A stretch of 64,000 bases of DNA from assembly GCA_050916045.1 (NCBI GenBank), contig CP051526.1, forward strand, positions 2,272,001-2,336,000. Direction: 5' to 3'. Made by a program: the position numbers and the translations under genes. How positions within the stretch are numbered: the stretch's first letter is position 1; every line of letters begins with the position of its first letter. The DNA is from Tepidisphaera sp. GTDB lineage: Bacteria; Planctomycetota; Phycisphaerae; Phycisphaerales; UBA1924. This document shows positions 17,457-26,800 of the stretch, piece by piece. Under the pieces are notes generated by a model, which made no database searches, was not told where the DNA came from, and saw nothing but the letters and a program-made list of their open reading frames with translations.

Positions 17457-18371
17457 ATGCGAAGCCCCAGCCCCGCGCGTGCGGGGCTCGTCATCATGAC
17501 GGGGACGGGCCGTGGCGTGGCTGTGGTGCGCGCGGGGTTTTCGCTGCTCGAGACGATGCTGGCGCTGGTGGTCGTGATCATGCTCGCGACCTTGGTCGCG
17601 CCATCGCTGACGGGGCTGGGGTCGGACGCGCGAGCGGACCGGGCGCGGGCGGAGATCGCCTCCGCGATGAGCGATGCGAGGAGTTTGGCGCGGGCGAGAG
17701 GGATGCCGGTCGTCGTCAGCGTGATCGCGGGCACGGGGAGCGAGGAAGAGAGCGAGATCGTCGGGGTCGTCGTCGCGGCGGGCGGGCTTGATCGCGAGCT
17801 TGATGCGATGACGGCCGGAGATGCGGAAGAAACGGGCGGAGAAGCGGCGGCGTTGGATGCGGCCGAGCCGACCGCGGGCGAAGGAACGGAGGATGAGGCC
17901 GCGGATGCGGCGGGGAACGCCGCGGTCGGGAGCGCGAAACGCCGGCTCGGCGTGCTGCCCGCGGGGTGCGCGGTGCGGTTCGCGGCCCAAGAAGCGGCGG
18001 CGGGCGTGGGCGCGGCGATGACGGCCGAGAGCGAGACGGGGCTGGATACGGGCGCGGAAGGGTCGGTCAAGGGAGCGACCGGCGCGGCCGCGGCGGGCGA
18101 CGCGATGATGATGATCGCGGTGGTGTTTCCGGATGGAACGGCGGCGGTGCCGGGGCGGAAGCTCGAGCTTGTCGTCGCGGGAAGGGGAAGGGGCAGGGGC
18201 GCGGCCCGCGTGTTTGCGATCAGGATGAGCCCGTGGTTTGCGGAAGCGACGTTCGCCGAGCGAACCCCGGCGGCGGCCGAGGGCGAAGAGAAGGAAACAG
18301 GAGCGAGCGAGACGGTGGATGCGGCGGGGGATGAAGATGTTGCGGCGGAACCGGTGATGGAGAAGCCGTGA
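17457..18371 (+). CDS. Minor pseudopilin (GspH/FimT-like) with acidic insertions
   Basis: RAG|FSLLETMLAL, ARSLARARG, VFPDGTA; start uncertain. Confidence 0.75.
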   Translation: MRSPSPARAGLVIMTGTGRGVAVVRAGFSLLETMLALVVVIMLATLVAPSLTGLGSDARADRARAEIASAMSDARSLARARGMPVVVSVIAGTGSEEESEIVGVVVAAGGLDRELDAMTAGDAEETGGEAAALDAAEPTAGEGTEDEAADAAGNAAVGSAKRRLGVLPAGCAVRFAAQEAAAGVGAAMTAESETGLDTGAEGSVKGATGAAAAGDAMMMIAVVFPDGTAAVPGRKLELVVAGRGRGRGAARVFAIRMSPWFAEATFAERTPAAAEGEEKETGASETVDAAGDEDVAAEPVMEKP

Positions 18372-18381
18372 GGAGCGTTGC

Positions 18382-18891
18382 GTGAGGAAGCGGCCCGGAA
18401 GCGTGCTGATCGAGGTGCTGGTCGCGGTGGCGATCCTGGTGGGGTCAGGCACGGCGATCATGGCGGCGGCGGATCGCGGGGAGCGTCTGCTGCGGTCGTC
18501 GCGCGAGCTGTCGCGGGCGGGGGATCTGGCACGCTCGGTGATCGCGGCGATCGAAGCGGGGTTGGTCACGCCGCAGAGTGCGCCGCAGGCGGTGCGGTCG
18601 GCGGCGGAAACAGGGGCGTGGCTGGCGCTGGATGCGGATGCGGGGCTCCCGGAGCTCACGGAGAGCGCGGGTTGGCGGGTGGAAGTGGATGTGGAGCCGA
18701 CGGTGCACGCGGGGCTCGCGCGGGCGACGGTCAAGGTGTGGCGGATGCGGGGAGAAGGGCTGGGGGCGGAGGGGGAGCCGCTGTTCGTGCTGACGCAGCT
18801 GGTGCGGGTGCTGGCGGAGGGGGAGGACAAAGCGGGGGATTCGCTGCTGCCAGAGGAGTCGCCGGCGGGCGGGCGGGGAGGCCGGCGGTGA
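18382..18891 (+). CDS. Minor pseudopilin (GspI-like)
   Basis: PG|SVLIEVLVAVAIL with E+5; operon position. Confidence 0.75.
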   Translation: MRKRPGSVLIEVLVAVAILVGSGTAIMAAADRGERLLRSSRELSRAGDLARSVIAAIEAGLVTPQSAPQAVRSAAETGAWLALDADAGLPELTESAGWRVEVDVEPTVHAGLARATVKVWRMRGEGLGAEGEPLFVLTQLVRVLAEGEDKAGDSLLPEESPAGGRGGRR

Positions 18892-19574
18892 GAAGACGCG
18901 GGTTCACGCTGCTTGAGGCGATGCTGGCGCTGGCGCTCACGGCGCTGGTGACGGTGCTTGCGTTCTCGTTTCTGTCGACGCTGGCGGCTTCGCAGCGTGT
19001 GGCGAAACGCGCGGCGGAGGAGCAGCGGTCGGTTGGGCTTTTCTTTGACCGGCTTGAGGATGAGCTTGCGGCGGCGGTGGCGGCGGACCCGGCGGCCGGA
19101 GCGGGCGTGGTGGGCGGGCCGACATCGCTTCAGGTGCTTTCGCGGGGCGTGGGGATTCCGACGGATCCGACGCTTGGCGAGGCGGCGGCGCGGGAACAAC
19201 TCTCGGATCTTCGCGGGATTCGATTCGCGCTTGCGGGGAACGCGATCACGGGGTCGAGATGGGTTGGACCGACGGGCGGGGGCGGAGCGGCGGAACCGAT
19301 CGTGGGCGGGGCGAGCGGCGAAAGCGGCGAGCCGACGGGCGTGGCCGGGCTTCGGTTTCGGTACTTCGATGGAAAGACGTGGTCGGAGACGTTCAATTCA
19401 GCGGAGTCGAACGGGCTTCCGGTGGCGGTGGAGGTGGGCGTGTGGACGGCTTCGGGGGGGCCGATGAAGGTGACGGAGGAAGGGACGGACCTGCGTGCGC
19501 CTGATCGGTGGCGGCTGATCACGATTCCGGACGCGGCGATGGTGGGATGGAAGGAGGGGGCGCGTGCGGAGTGA
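18888..19574 (+). CDS. Minor pseudopilin (GspJ-like)
   Basis: RRG|FTLLEAMLAL, LRFRYFDGKTW, LPVAVEV; GTGA overlap with the previous stop. Confidence 0.8.
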   Translation: MRRRGFTLLEAMLALALTALVTVLAFSFLSTLAASQRVAKRAAEEQRSVGLFFDRLEDELAAAVAADPAAGAGVVGGPTSLQVLSRGVGIPTDPTLGEAAAREQLSDLRGIRFALAGNAITGSRWVGPTGGGGAAEPIVGGASGESGEPTGVAGLRFRYFDGKTWSETFNSAESNGLPVAVEVGVWTASGGPMKVTEEGTDLRAPDRWRLITIPDAAMVGWKEGARAE

Positions 19575-21105
19575 GAAGCAACGCAGGGACGCTGCCCTTG
19601 AGAACGGCGTGCGAAGGTCGCGTGACCGGCGTGGATCGGCATTGTTTTTGGTGCTTGGGATCGTGGCGGCGGCGGCGATGATGGGGGCGGTGGTGCTGAC
19701 GACGGGGGACTCGACGGCGACGGCGACGGACCGGCAGACGGAGCGGATGCGGCTTCGGTCAGCGGCGTGGTCGGGGATTCAGACGGTGATGGCGGAGGTT
19801 TCGCGTCAGCGGCCTGAGCTTCTGGCGGGCGGGGTGCCGACGGTTTCGTCGGAGCTGGTGCTCAGTGATGAAGGGGCGTCGGAGCGGGTGGTGGTGCGGG
19901 TGGAAGCGTGGGAAGCGAAAGCGGCGCGGGAGGAGCGGCAGGAGGCGCCGCTTGTGATGGCGGAGACGGCGCGGCTGGACCTCAACCTGGCGACGCCGGA
20001 GATGCTGACGGCGATCGGGGTGTCGAAAGCGGCGGCGGAAGAGATCGTGGCGCGGCGCGGGGCAAGGCCGTTTGCGAGCGTGGAGGAATTGGCGACGCTG
20101 ACGAACCCGCTTGCCGAAGCGGCGACGGCGGGGACGGAGGTCGCGGACCCGGCGGGGATGCTGACGACGCTGAGCTTTGATCCGAACATTCAGGCGGGGA
20201 TTGCGTCGGCGGAGGCGGCGGGGGCGCTGCGGTTTAATGTGGGGAACGGGTGGTCGGAGGCGCTGGGCGGGCTGATCACCAAGCAGATTGGGGCGGAAGC
20301 GGCGGCGGCGGTGAAGCGGCTTTTGGAGGAGAACAAGGATCTGAAGACGGACGGAGCGTTTGCGGCGGCGCTCATGAAGAGCGGGATCCCGAAGACGCTG
20401 TGGCCGGCGGCTTTCGACTTGTTCACGGCGGGGGATGATCTGTATGTGCCGGGTCGGGTGGATCTGAACTCGGCACCGCTGAAAGTGCTGGCGGCGGTGC
20501 CTGGGATCGGGGAGGAGCGTGCGGCGGCGATTGTGGCGGCGCGGGAGCAGCTTTCGGCGGAAGAGCGGAAGTCGCGGGTGTGGCCTCTGACGCGGGACAT
20601 CATGAAGCCGGAGGAGATGGCGCAGGCGGTGGAGTGGCTGACGACGCGATCGATGCAGTGGCGGGTGCGGGTGCGGGCGAGCATCGAGCGGGCGGGGACG
20701 ACGAGCGAAGCGGCGGGCTCGACGGAGAGCGGAAGCACGGAGCTTCGGTCGGCGGTGTTTGAAGCCGTGGTGGATGCGTCTTCGGAGCGGCCGCGGCTGG
20801 CGTACCTCAGGGAGATCACGCTTCTGCCGATTGCTCGGGCGATGGAAAAACGCGTGGTTCGGCAGGCTCGGGCGATTGCGGAGGCGGCCCCTCCGGCTCC
20901 CCCACCGCCCCCACCGCCGGTTGAAGTGACTCCGGAGCCGGTGGATGTGCCGCCGCCGGGGGGTGATTCACCGCCTGCCCCGCCGGCAGACGATAAAGCG
21001 GCGGCGGGCGGACCCGCGGGAGAGGCGAGCGGGGACGTGGGGGCGATGGTTGATCGAAGGACGGGGCGGTGGAACGCGGGCGGTTCCCGCGGGAGGTCGC
21101 GATGA
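19564..21105 (+). CDS. gspK: GspK-like pseudopilin with helix-hairpin-helix modules
   Basis: RRG|SALFLVL (no E+5), ETARLDLNLA, GRVDLNSAPLKVLAAVPGIG, LTTRS. Confidence 0.8.
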   Translation: MRSEKQRRDAALENGVRRSRDRRGSALFLVLGIVAAAAMMGAVVLTTGDSTATATDRQTERMRLRSAAWSGIQTVMAEVSRQRPELLAGGVPTVSSELVLSDEGASERVVVRVEAWEAKAAREERQEAPLVMAETARLDLNLATPEMLTAIGVSKAAAEEIVARRGARPFASVEELATLTNPLAEAATAGTEVADPAGMLTTLSFDPNIQAGIASAEAAGALRFNVGNGWSEALGGLITKQIGAEAAAAVKRLLEENKDLKTDGAFAAALMKSGIPKTLWPAAFDLFTAGDDLYVPGRVDLNSAPLKVLAAVPGIGEERAAAIVAAREQLSAEERKSRVWPLTRDIMKPEEMAQAVEWLTTRSMQWRVRVRASIERAGTTSEAAGSTESGSTELRSAVFEAVVDASSERPRLAYLREITLLPIARAMEKRVVRQARAIAEAAPPAPPPPPPPVEVTPEPVDVPPPGGDSPPAPPADDKAAAGGPAGEASGDVGAMVDRRTGRWNAGGSRGRSR

Positions 21106-22730
21106 GGCTGAAGTCGAACACGCTTTGCGTGCTGGAGTTGGACGGAAATCGTCTGTGCGCGATCTCTGCGCAGATTTCGGGGCCGACGGCGGAGGTGAAG
21201 CGGTGGCTTTCGGTCGACCGACCGGAGTCGGTGGCGGCGGATGACGCGGAGGCGATGGGCGCGTGGGCGGGTCAGGAGCTTCGCAAAGCGGGGCTGGATG
21301 CCGGGGCGACGGTGCTTTCGGTGTCGCGAGGGGACGTGGTGCTGAGGAACCTGTCTTTGCCGAAGCCGAAGGACGGTGGCGAAGAGGATCTTGGGGCGAT
21401 GGTGCGGCTTCAGATGGCGCGGCAGCTTGCGCTTCCGATTGAGAGCACGTCGATCGACTATGCGCCCGTGCCTGCGGCGGCGGGTGCGACGACGGTTCCG
21501 GTGATCGCGGGCGCGATGCCGACGAACCGGGTGCTTTGGTGCCGGGCGTTCGCGAAAGCGGCGGGGCTTAAGCTCAAGCGGATCGAGCTTCGGTGCTTTG
21601 GCGTGGCGGCGCTGCTGGGGCCGCTGAGCCAGTCGCGTGACGGGACGATGGTGGGCGTGGCGGTGGGCTGGGGCTCGACGGAGCTTGTGATCGTCGAGGA
21701 TGGGCAGATGGCGTTCGCGCGGTCGGTGGATCTGCCGCGTCCGGGGTCGGTGACGGAGCAGGATGTCTTCGCGGACAAGGTGGCGGTGGAGGTGAAGCGG
21801 GCGTGGATCGGGTATCGGGCGACGCGTCCGGGGCCGGTGCCGGACCTGGTGTGCGTGCTTGGCGAGGGGGAGATGATCCGCCGGGTGGGCGAACGGTGCG
21901 CGGGAGAGTTGCAATCGACGTCGCGGGTGGTGGCGCTTCCGACGTCGATCAAGGTTTCGCGGGAGATGTCCGAAGCGGAGCGGGTGGCGGCCGCGCCGCT
22001 GATGGGGCTTTTGGCGCAGGCGGTGACGGGACGGCCGACGCTTGATTTCGCGAACCCGAGGCGGCCGGTGGATCGTGCGGCGAAGGCGCGGCAGATGGCA
22101 CTGGCGGCGGTGTTCGGGGTGCTGCTTCTGGGCGGGGCGGTGTTCACGTTCGCGAAGCAGGGTCTGGAGCGGGTGGAAGCGGAGATCTCGGCGGTTGAGG
22201 ATGAGCGGAATGAGCTGACGAAGGAGTACAACGCGTTTCTGGCGCAGCATGCTCGGCTTTCGCATCTGCAGACGTGGCAATCCGGGCGGGTGGACTGGCT
22301 TGCGCACGTGAATCTGCTGTGCGGGCAGGTGCCTCAGGGTGGCGTGGCGTATGCGGAGGAGATCCGCGGGCAGGCGGATTCGCGGGTGAACTTCGTGCCG
22401 AGTTCGAAAGGGACGGCGTATCCGTCGGGCGAGTGGCGACTTGCTCCGCTTGCGATGTTCGACTTCAAGGGGCGGAGTCCGGGTCGCGGGGTTGCGACGG
22501 ACATGCGGGCGCGGCTTCTGGATGGCGATCTGTACGGGGTTGAGATCGTGGGGCCGGACGTGGCGGATCGGTTCGCGCTACAGCTTCGGACGGGGCGTCT
22601 GACGCCGATGCCTCCGGCGGCGCCTGGGAAGGATGGGGCGAAGAAGGATGACGGGAAGGGTGCGCCGGGCGCGAGTCCGCCGGCGACTCCGCCGCCGGGC
22701 GGCGGTCCGGAGAAGGGAGGGGAGCCATGA
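21102..22730 (+). CDS. PilM/PilN (GspL)-like assembly platform protein
   Basis: Actin-like N-domain (VGWGSTELVIV), LDFANPRR, TM and coiled coil; ATGA coupling. Confidence 0.75.
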   Translation: MRLKSNTLCVLELDGNRLCAISAQISGPTAEVKRWLSVDRPESVAADDAEAMGAWAGQELRKAGLDAGATVLSVSRGDVVLRNLSLPKPKDGGEEDLGAMVRLQMARQLALPIESTSIDYAPVPAAAGATTVPVIAGAMPTNRVLWCRAFAKAAGLKLKRIELRCFGVAALLGPLSQSRDGTMVGVAVGWGSTELVIVEDGQMAFARSVDLPRPGSVTEQDVFADKVAVEVKRAWIGYRATRPGPVPDLVCVLGEGEMIRRVGERCAGELQSTSRVVALPTSIKVSREMSEAERVAAAPLMGLLAQAVTGRPTLDFANPRRPVDRAAKARQMALAAVFGVLLLGGAVFTFAKQGLERVEAEISAVEDERNELTKEYNAFLAQHARLSHLQTWQSGRVDWLAHVNLLCGQVPQGGVAYAEEIRGQADSRVNFVPSSKGTAYPSGEWRLAPLAMFDFKGRSPGRGVATDMRARLLDGDLYGVEIVGPDVADRFALQLRTGRLTPMPPAAPGKDGAKKDDGKGAPGASPPATPPPGGGPEKGGEP

Positions 22731-23743
22731 GCCCTCGCGTGCGGATTGTGGCCTTGATTGCGATTCTGCTGCTCGTCGTGCTGGGCGGGTGGAGTTGGCG
22801 GACGATGTACCAGACGCCGATGGCGGAGGCGCGGAAGCGGCTTGCGTCGGCGGAGCTTGCGGTGTCGGATCTTCGCGAGAAGCTTCGCGAGGGGAAGACG
22901 GTGCGGCGGGAGCTGACGGACGCGGTGCAGCGGACGCTTGGCAAGGTCCCGGACACGGTGAGCCACCGGTACGTGGCGGGCCTGCGGACGATCGCGGAGC
23001 GGGTCGGTCTGGCGAAGGTGGTGGTGACGCACCGTGACGCGGAGAAGGTGATGAGCCCTCTGACGCGGACGACCGGCGTGAAGCCGGAGGACATGCGAAA
23101 GCGGCTTCGGGCGACGCCGGACTTTCTGCTGCTGCGTGGGGCGGTGAGCGGAGAGGGGACGCTGGAGCAGGTGACGCGTGCGATTGCGGAGGTTGATGCG
23201 CAGAAGTGGTGCCAGATCGAGAGCATGTCGCTTCGGCCTGTCGGGAAGGGCGGGATGCGGTTCGCGCTGGACCTTGGGGTGTCGGCTCCGCTGCTTCCGG
23301 ACCTGCTGGAGAAAGAGGGGCCGGAGCCGGAGCTTGTGAAGGAGCGGCCGGAAGCGTCGTGGGCGATGCAGGCGATCGTGGCTCGCAATCCGTTCCGAGC
23401 GGAGCCGAAGGTCGCGGCGGCGCAGCCGACGGAGGTCGTGCAGCCGGCGGCGGAGCAACCGGCGCCCGCGGAGAACCCGCCGCCGCCGCTCTTGCCTCCC
23501 CCACCGCCGCCGTATGCGGAGTGGAAGGTGACCGGACTGGTGGTCGGGAGTCGTACAGGCGTGCAGGTGATGATGAGCAACACGCGAACGAACGCGACGG
23601 TGACGGTGCTTCGTGGCGCAAAGGTGGAGGATGCGGTGCTTGTGGATGGGGGCGGGGAGACGGCGGTGTTCGAGATCGGCGGGGCGCGGTACCAGGTGCG
23701 GGTGAATCAGACGCTCGCGGACCGTGTGCCGTCGACCCCCTGA
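22727..23743 (+). CDS. PilO/GspM-like protein with Pro linker and GspC/PilP-like C-terminal domain
   Basis: N-terminal TM, coiled coil, ferredoxin-like GEGTLEQV...IESMSL, ARNPF, WKVTGLV. Confidence 0.65.
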   Translation: MSPRVRIVALIAILLLVVLGGWSWRTMYQTPMAEARKRLASAELAVSDLREKLREGKTVRRELTDAVQRTLGKVPDTVSHRYVAGLRTIAERVGLAKVVVTHRDAEKVMSPLTRTTGVKPEDMRKRLRATPDFLLLRGAVSGEGTLEQVTRAIAEVDAQKWCQIESMSLRPVGKGGMRFALDLGVSAPLLPDLLEKEGPEPELVKERPEASWAMQAIVARNPFRAEPKVAAAQPTEVVQPAAEQPAPAENPPPPLLPPPPPPYAEWKVTGLVVGSRTGVQVMMSNTRTNATVTVLRGAKVEDAVLVDGGGETAVFEIGGARYQVRVNQTLADRVPSTP

Positions 23744-23883
23744 GATTGGGAGACGCGGCATGAACGGGTGGCGTGCGATTTGGGAGGGATGTGGACGGGT
23801 GGGGTGTGTTGGATCGTGAATCGTTAGACTGAGGTGTGATCAGCGGCAGGGGGAGGCCCGGGGAGAAGCCCGGGGCTTGATCA

Positions 23884-26800
23884 ATGAAGAGGTGTGCGAT
23901 GTCGATGAAGCGTTCAACTCGGGTGCTGGCTGCGGCGATGGTTCTGGCTGCGGCGGGCTCGGCGGCGGATGTGTGGGCACAGGAGCAGGCACCGGCCGCG
24001 GGGGCACAACCGGCGACGCCGGCGGCTCCGGCTGCTGCGCCGGAGGCGGCGACACCCGCTCCGGCAGCCCAGCCGACAGCTTCTCCACAAGTTGCGGCGG
24101 CGGTGACGCAGCCGGGCGAAGTTCAACTGAACTTTAAAGACACGCCACTGGATCAGGTGCTTGATTTCTTCTCGCGGGAAGCTGGGCTTCCGGTGATCTT
24201 CGAGGCGCCGGTGCCGGCCGGAGCGCTGACGTTCCTCTCGCCGCAGAAGTACACGTTCGACGATGCGCTGACGATTCTGAATCTGAATCTGTCCACGCGG
24301 GGCCTCCAGCTGCGGCGGCAGGACAAGTTCCTGTATCTGTCGACGCTTGCGGAATCAGCGAAGAAGCCGGGGATGGTGGTAGGCACCCTTCCGGCGAACG
24401 CGCGGCCGGAAGAGATTCTGACGCTCGCGGTGCCGCTGAATCACGCGATCGCGGGGACGGTGGTGGAGCAGATCAAGCCGCTTCTGGGGCAGTTTGGCGT
24501 GGTGCTGGCGGTTCCGCAGCAGAACATCGTGCTGATCACGGACATGGCGGCGCAGGTAAAGCGGATCCGCGAGATCGTGGTCGCGATCGACCAGGTGAAG
24601 CCGGCGGACACGCAGTTCAAGCTTTTCACGCTCAAGCATGCGCAGGCGGACGTGATTTTCGGGACGCTGAAGGGGCTGCTTTCGACGCGGACGATCGAGA
24701 CGTTCATCACGGCGGACAACAAGCGGACGACCAAGCAGGATGAGACGCTGGGCGGGCTTCAGCTTCAGCCGGATCCGCGGACGAACTCGATCGTGGCGGT
24801 GGGGTCGGCGGCGAAGATCCAGCAGGTGGAGGACATGATCGCGCTGCTTGACGTGCCGGAGAGCGGCGAGGGGAGCGGCGGGACGCAGATGGTGACGATC
24901 GCGCTGTCGCAAGCGACGGCGGCGGACGCGGCGACGCGGGTGCGCGAGCTTTTCGCGACGGCGGCGGAGCCGAAGAAGCCGACGGTGATCGCGCTGCCGC
25001 AGGTGAACAAGATCACGATCATGGGGAGCGCGGAGCAGGTATCGAAAGCGACGACGCTTCTGGCGGCGCTGGACCCGGGCGTGGTGAACGAGGGCGGGAC
25101 GGTGCGTGCGGAGACGCGCGCGGCCATCGTGCGCCTGAGGTTCGGGAAAGCGGACGAGATCGCGCAGACGGTCAAGCGGCTGATGACGCCTCGACAGGCC
25201 GCGATGGTGAAGAGCGCGGCGACGCCGGACGCTCGCGGGCTGATCATCCACGGGCCGGCGGAAGACGTCGCGGTGGTCGAGACGCTGGTGGCTTCGCTGG
25301 ATGTGCCGGCGAACGCCGAGCGTGACATCGCGATCGTGAAGATCACCAAGGGGACGGTGGCGGACGTTGTGAAGCAGGCGGGGGCTCTTTACGCGCAGGT
25401 GGGCGGGACGGAAGCAGAGTCGGTAACGGTGAATGCGGATGAAGCGTCGCGGACGGTGCTCCTGATCGGGAGCAAGCCCGGGCTTGCGTTGTATACGAAG
25501 ATGCTTGAGACCGCGCAGGGGAACGTGAAGGTCGAGCGGGTCGGGAAGCTTGTGGATGTGACGAAAGCGACGCCGAGCGTGCTGGCGGAGCGGCTTGCCA
25601 AGTTCGTCAAGCCCTTGCTGATGACGGATGATGCGCAGCCGTTCGTGGAGCCTGTGTTCGAGCCGGTGGATGAGCTTCGCAAGCTGATGGTTCGGGCGGA
25701 AGCGTCGCAGATGGCGATCATCGAGGGCCTGGTCACGAAGCTTGACGTGCAGGACGGCGGGGCGCGGGACCTCAGGGTGTTCCCGGTGGTGAACGCGAAG
25801 GCGGGCGAGGTCGCGAAGCGCGCAATGGAGCTTTACACCGCGCAGAACGCGGGGAATCCGCTCGCCAAGCCGGTGGAGATCACGGCGGACGAGGCGAGCA
25901 ACACGCTCAGTATTCTGGCGGACGTGTCGGTGATGCCGGCGGTGACGAAGATCATCGATGAACTGGCGAAGCAGTCGGGGCCGGCCCGCGAGGTCAAGAT
26001 GCTGGAGCTTCGTCTGGCGAAAGCGGACGAGGTGGTGTCGTATCTGCAGGACATGGTGAAGGGGTCGGCGACGCTGAACATCAAGGGCGGGGCGAACCCG
26101 GTCTTTGAGGCGATCCCGGCGACCAACAGCGTGCTTGTGGGCGCGACGGGCCCGCAGATGATGATCATCGAGTCGCTGGTGAAGAATCTGGACGCGGGCA
26201 AGCAGGGTGAGCGGCCGCCGCTTCGGATTCTGAAGGTGACGACGAGCGACGCGGCGAACCTGGGGCAGGTGCTTCAGGCGTCGTACGCGCAGCGCCCTGC
26301 GGAAGAGCGCGGCAAGCGGCCGGTGGACATCCAAGTGGACATGGCGACGAACACGCTCCTGGTGTCGGCGCATCCCGAGGTCTATCCGGAGATCGAGAAG
26401 ATCGTCGGGGAGCTCAATGAGCAGCAGTCGATGGACAAGACGGGTCGGGAGATCAGGATCTTCCCGCTTCGCGTGGCGAGGGCGGAGGAGCTTGCGCTGA
26501 CGATCGACCAGATGTATCCCGAGCCGCCGATCCCGCGGGATCCGCGGACGAACCAGCCTCGGCCGGACCTCAAGCCGCCGCGTGAAGTCGTGGTTCGAGC
26601 GGACAAGGGGACCAACTCGCTGATCGTCGATGCACCCAGCAAGCGGTTGAGCGGGTTTGAGGAGATCGTCAAGCGTCTGGACATGGCTCAGGTGGCCGGC
26701 GACGCGGAGGTGCGGACGTACCGGATCGCGCGGGCGGACCTGGCGGCGCTGACGGCGACGCTTCGCGGCTTGGTGAGCGCGAACGCGCTGCCGGGGGTCG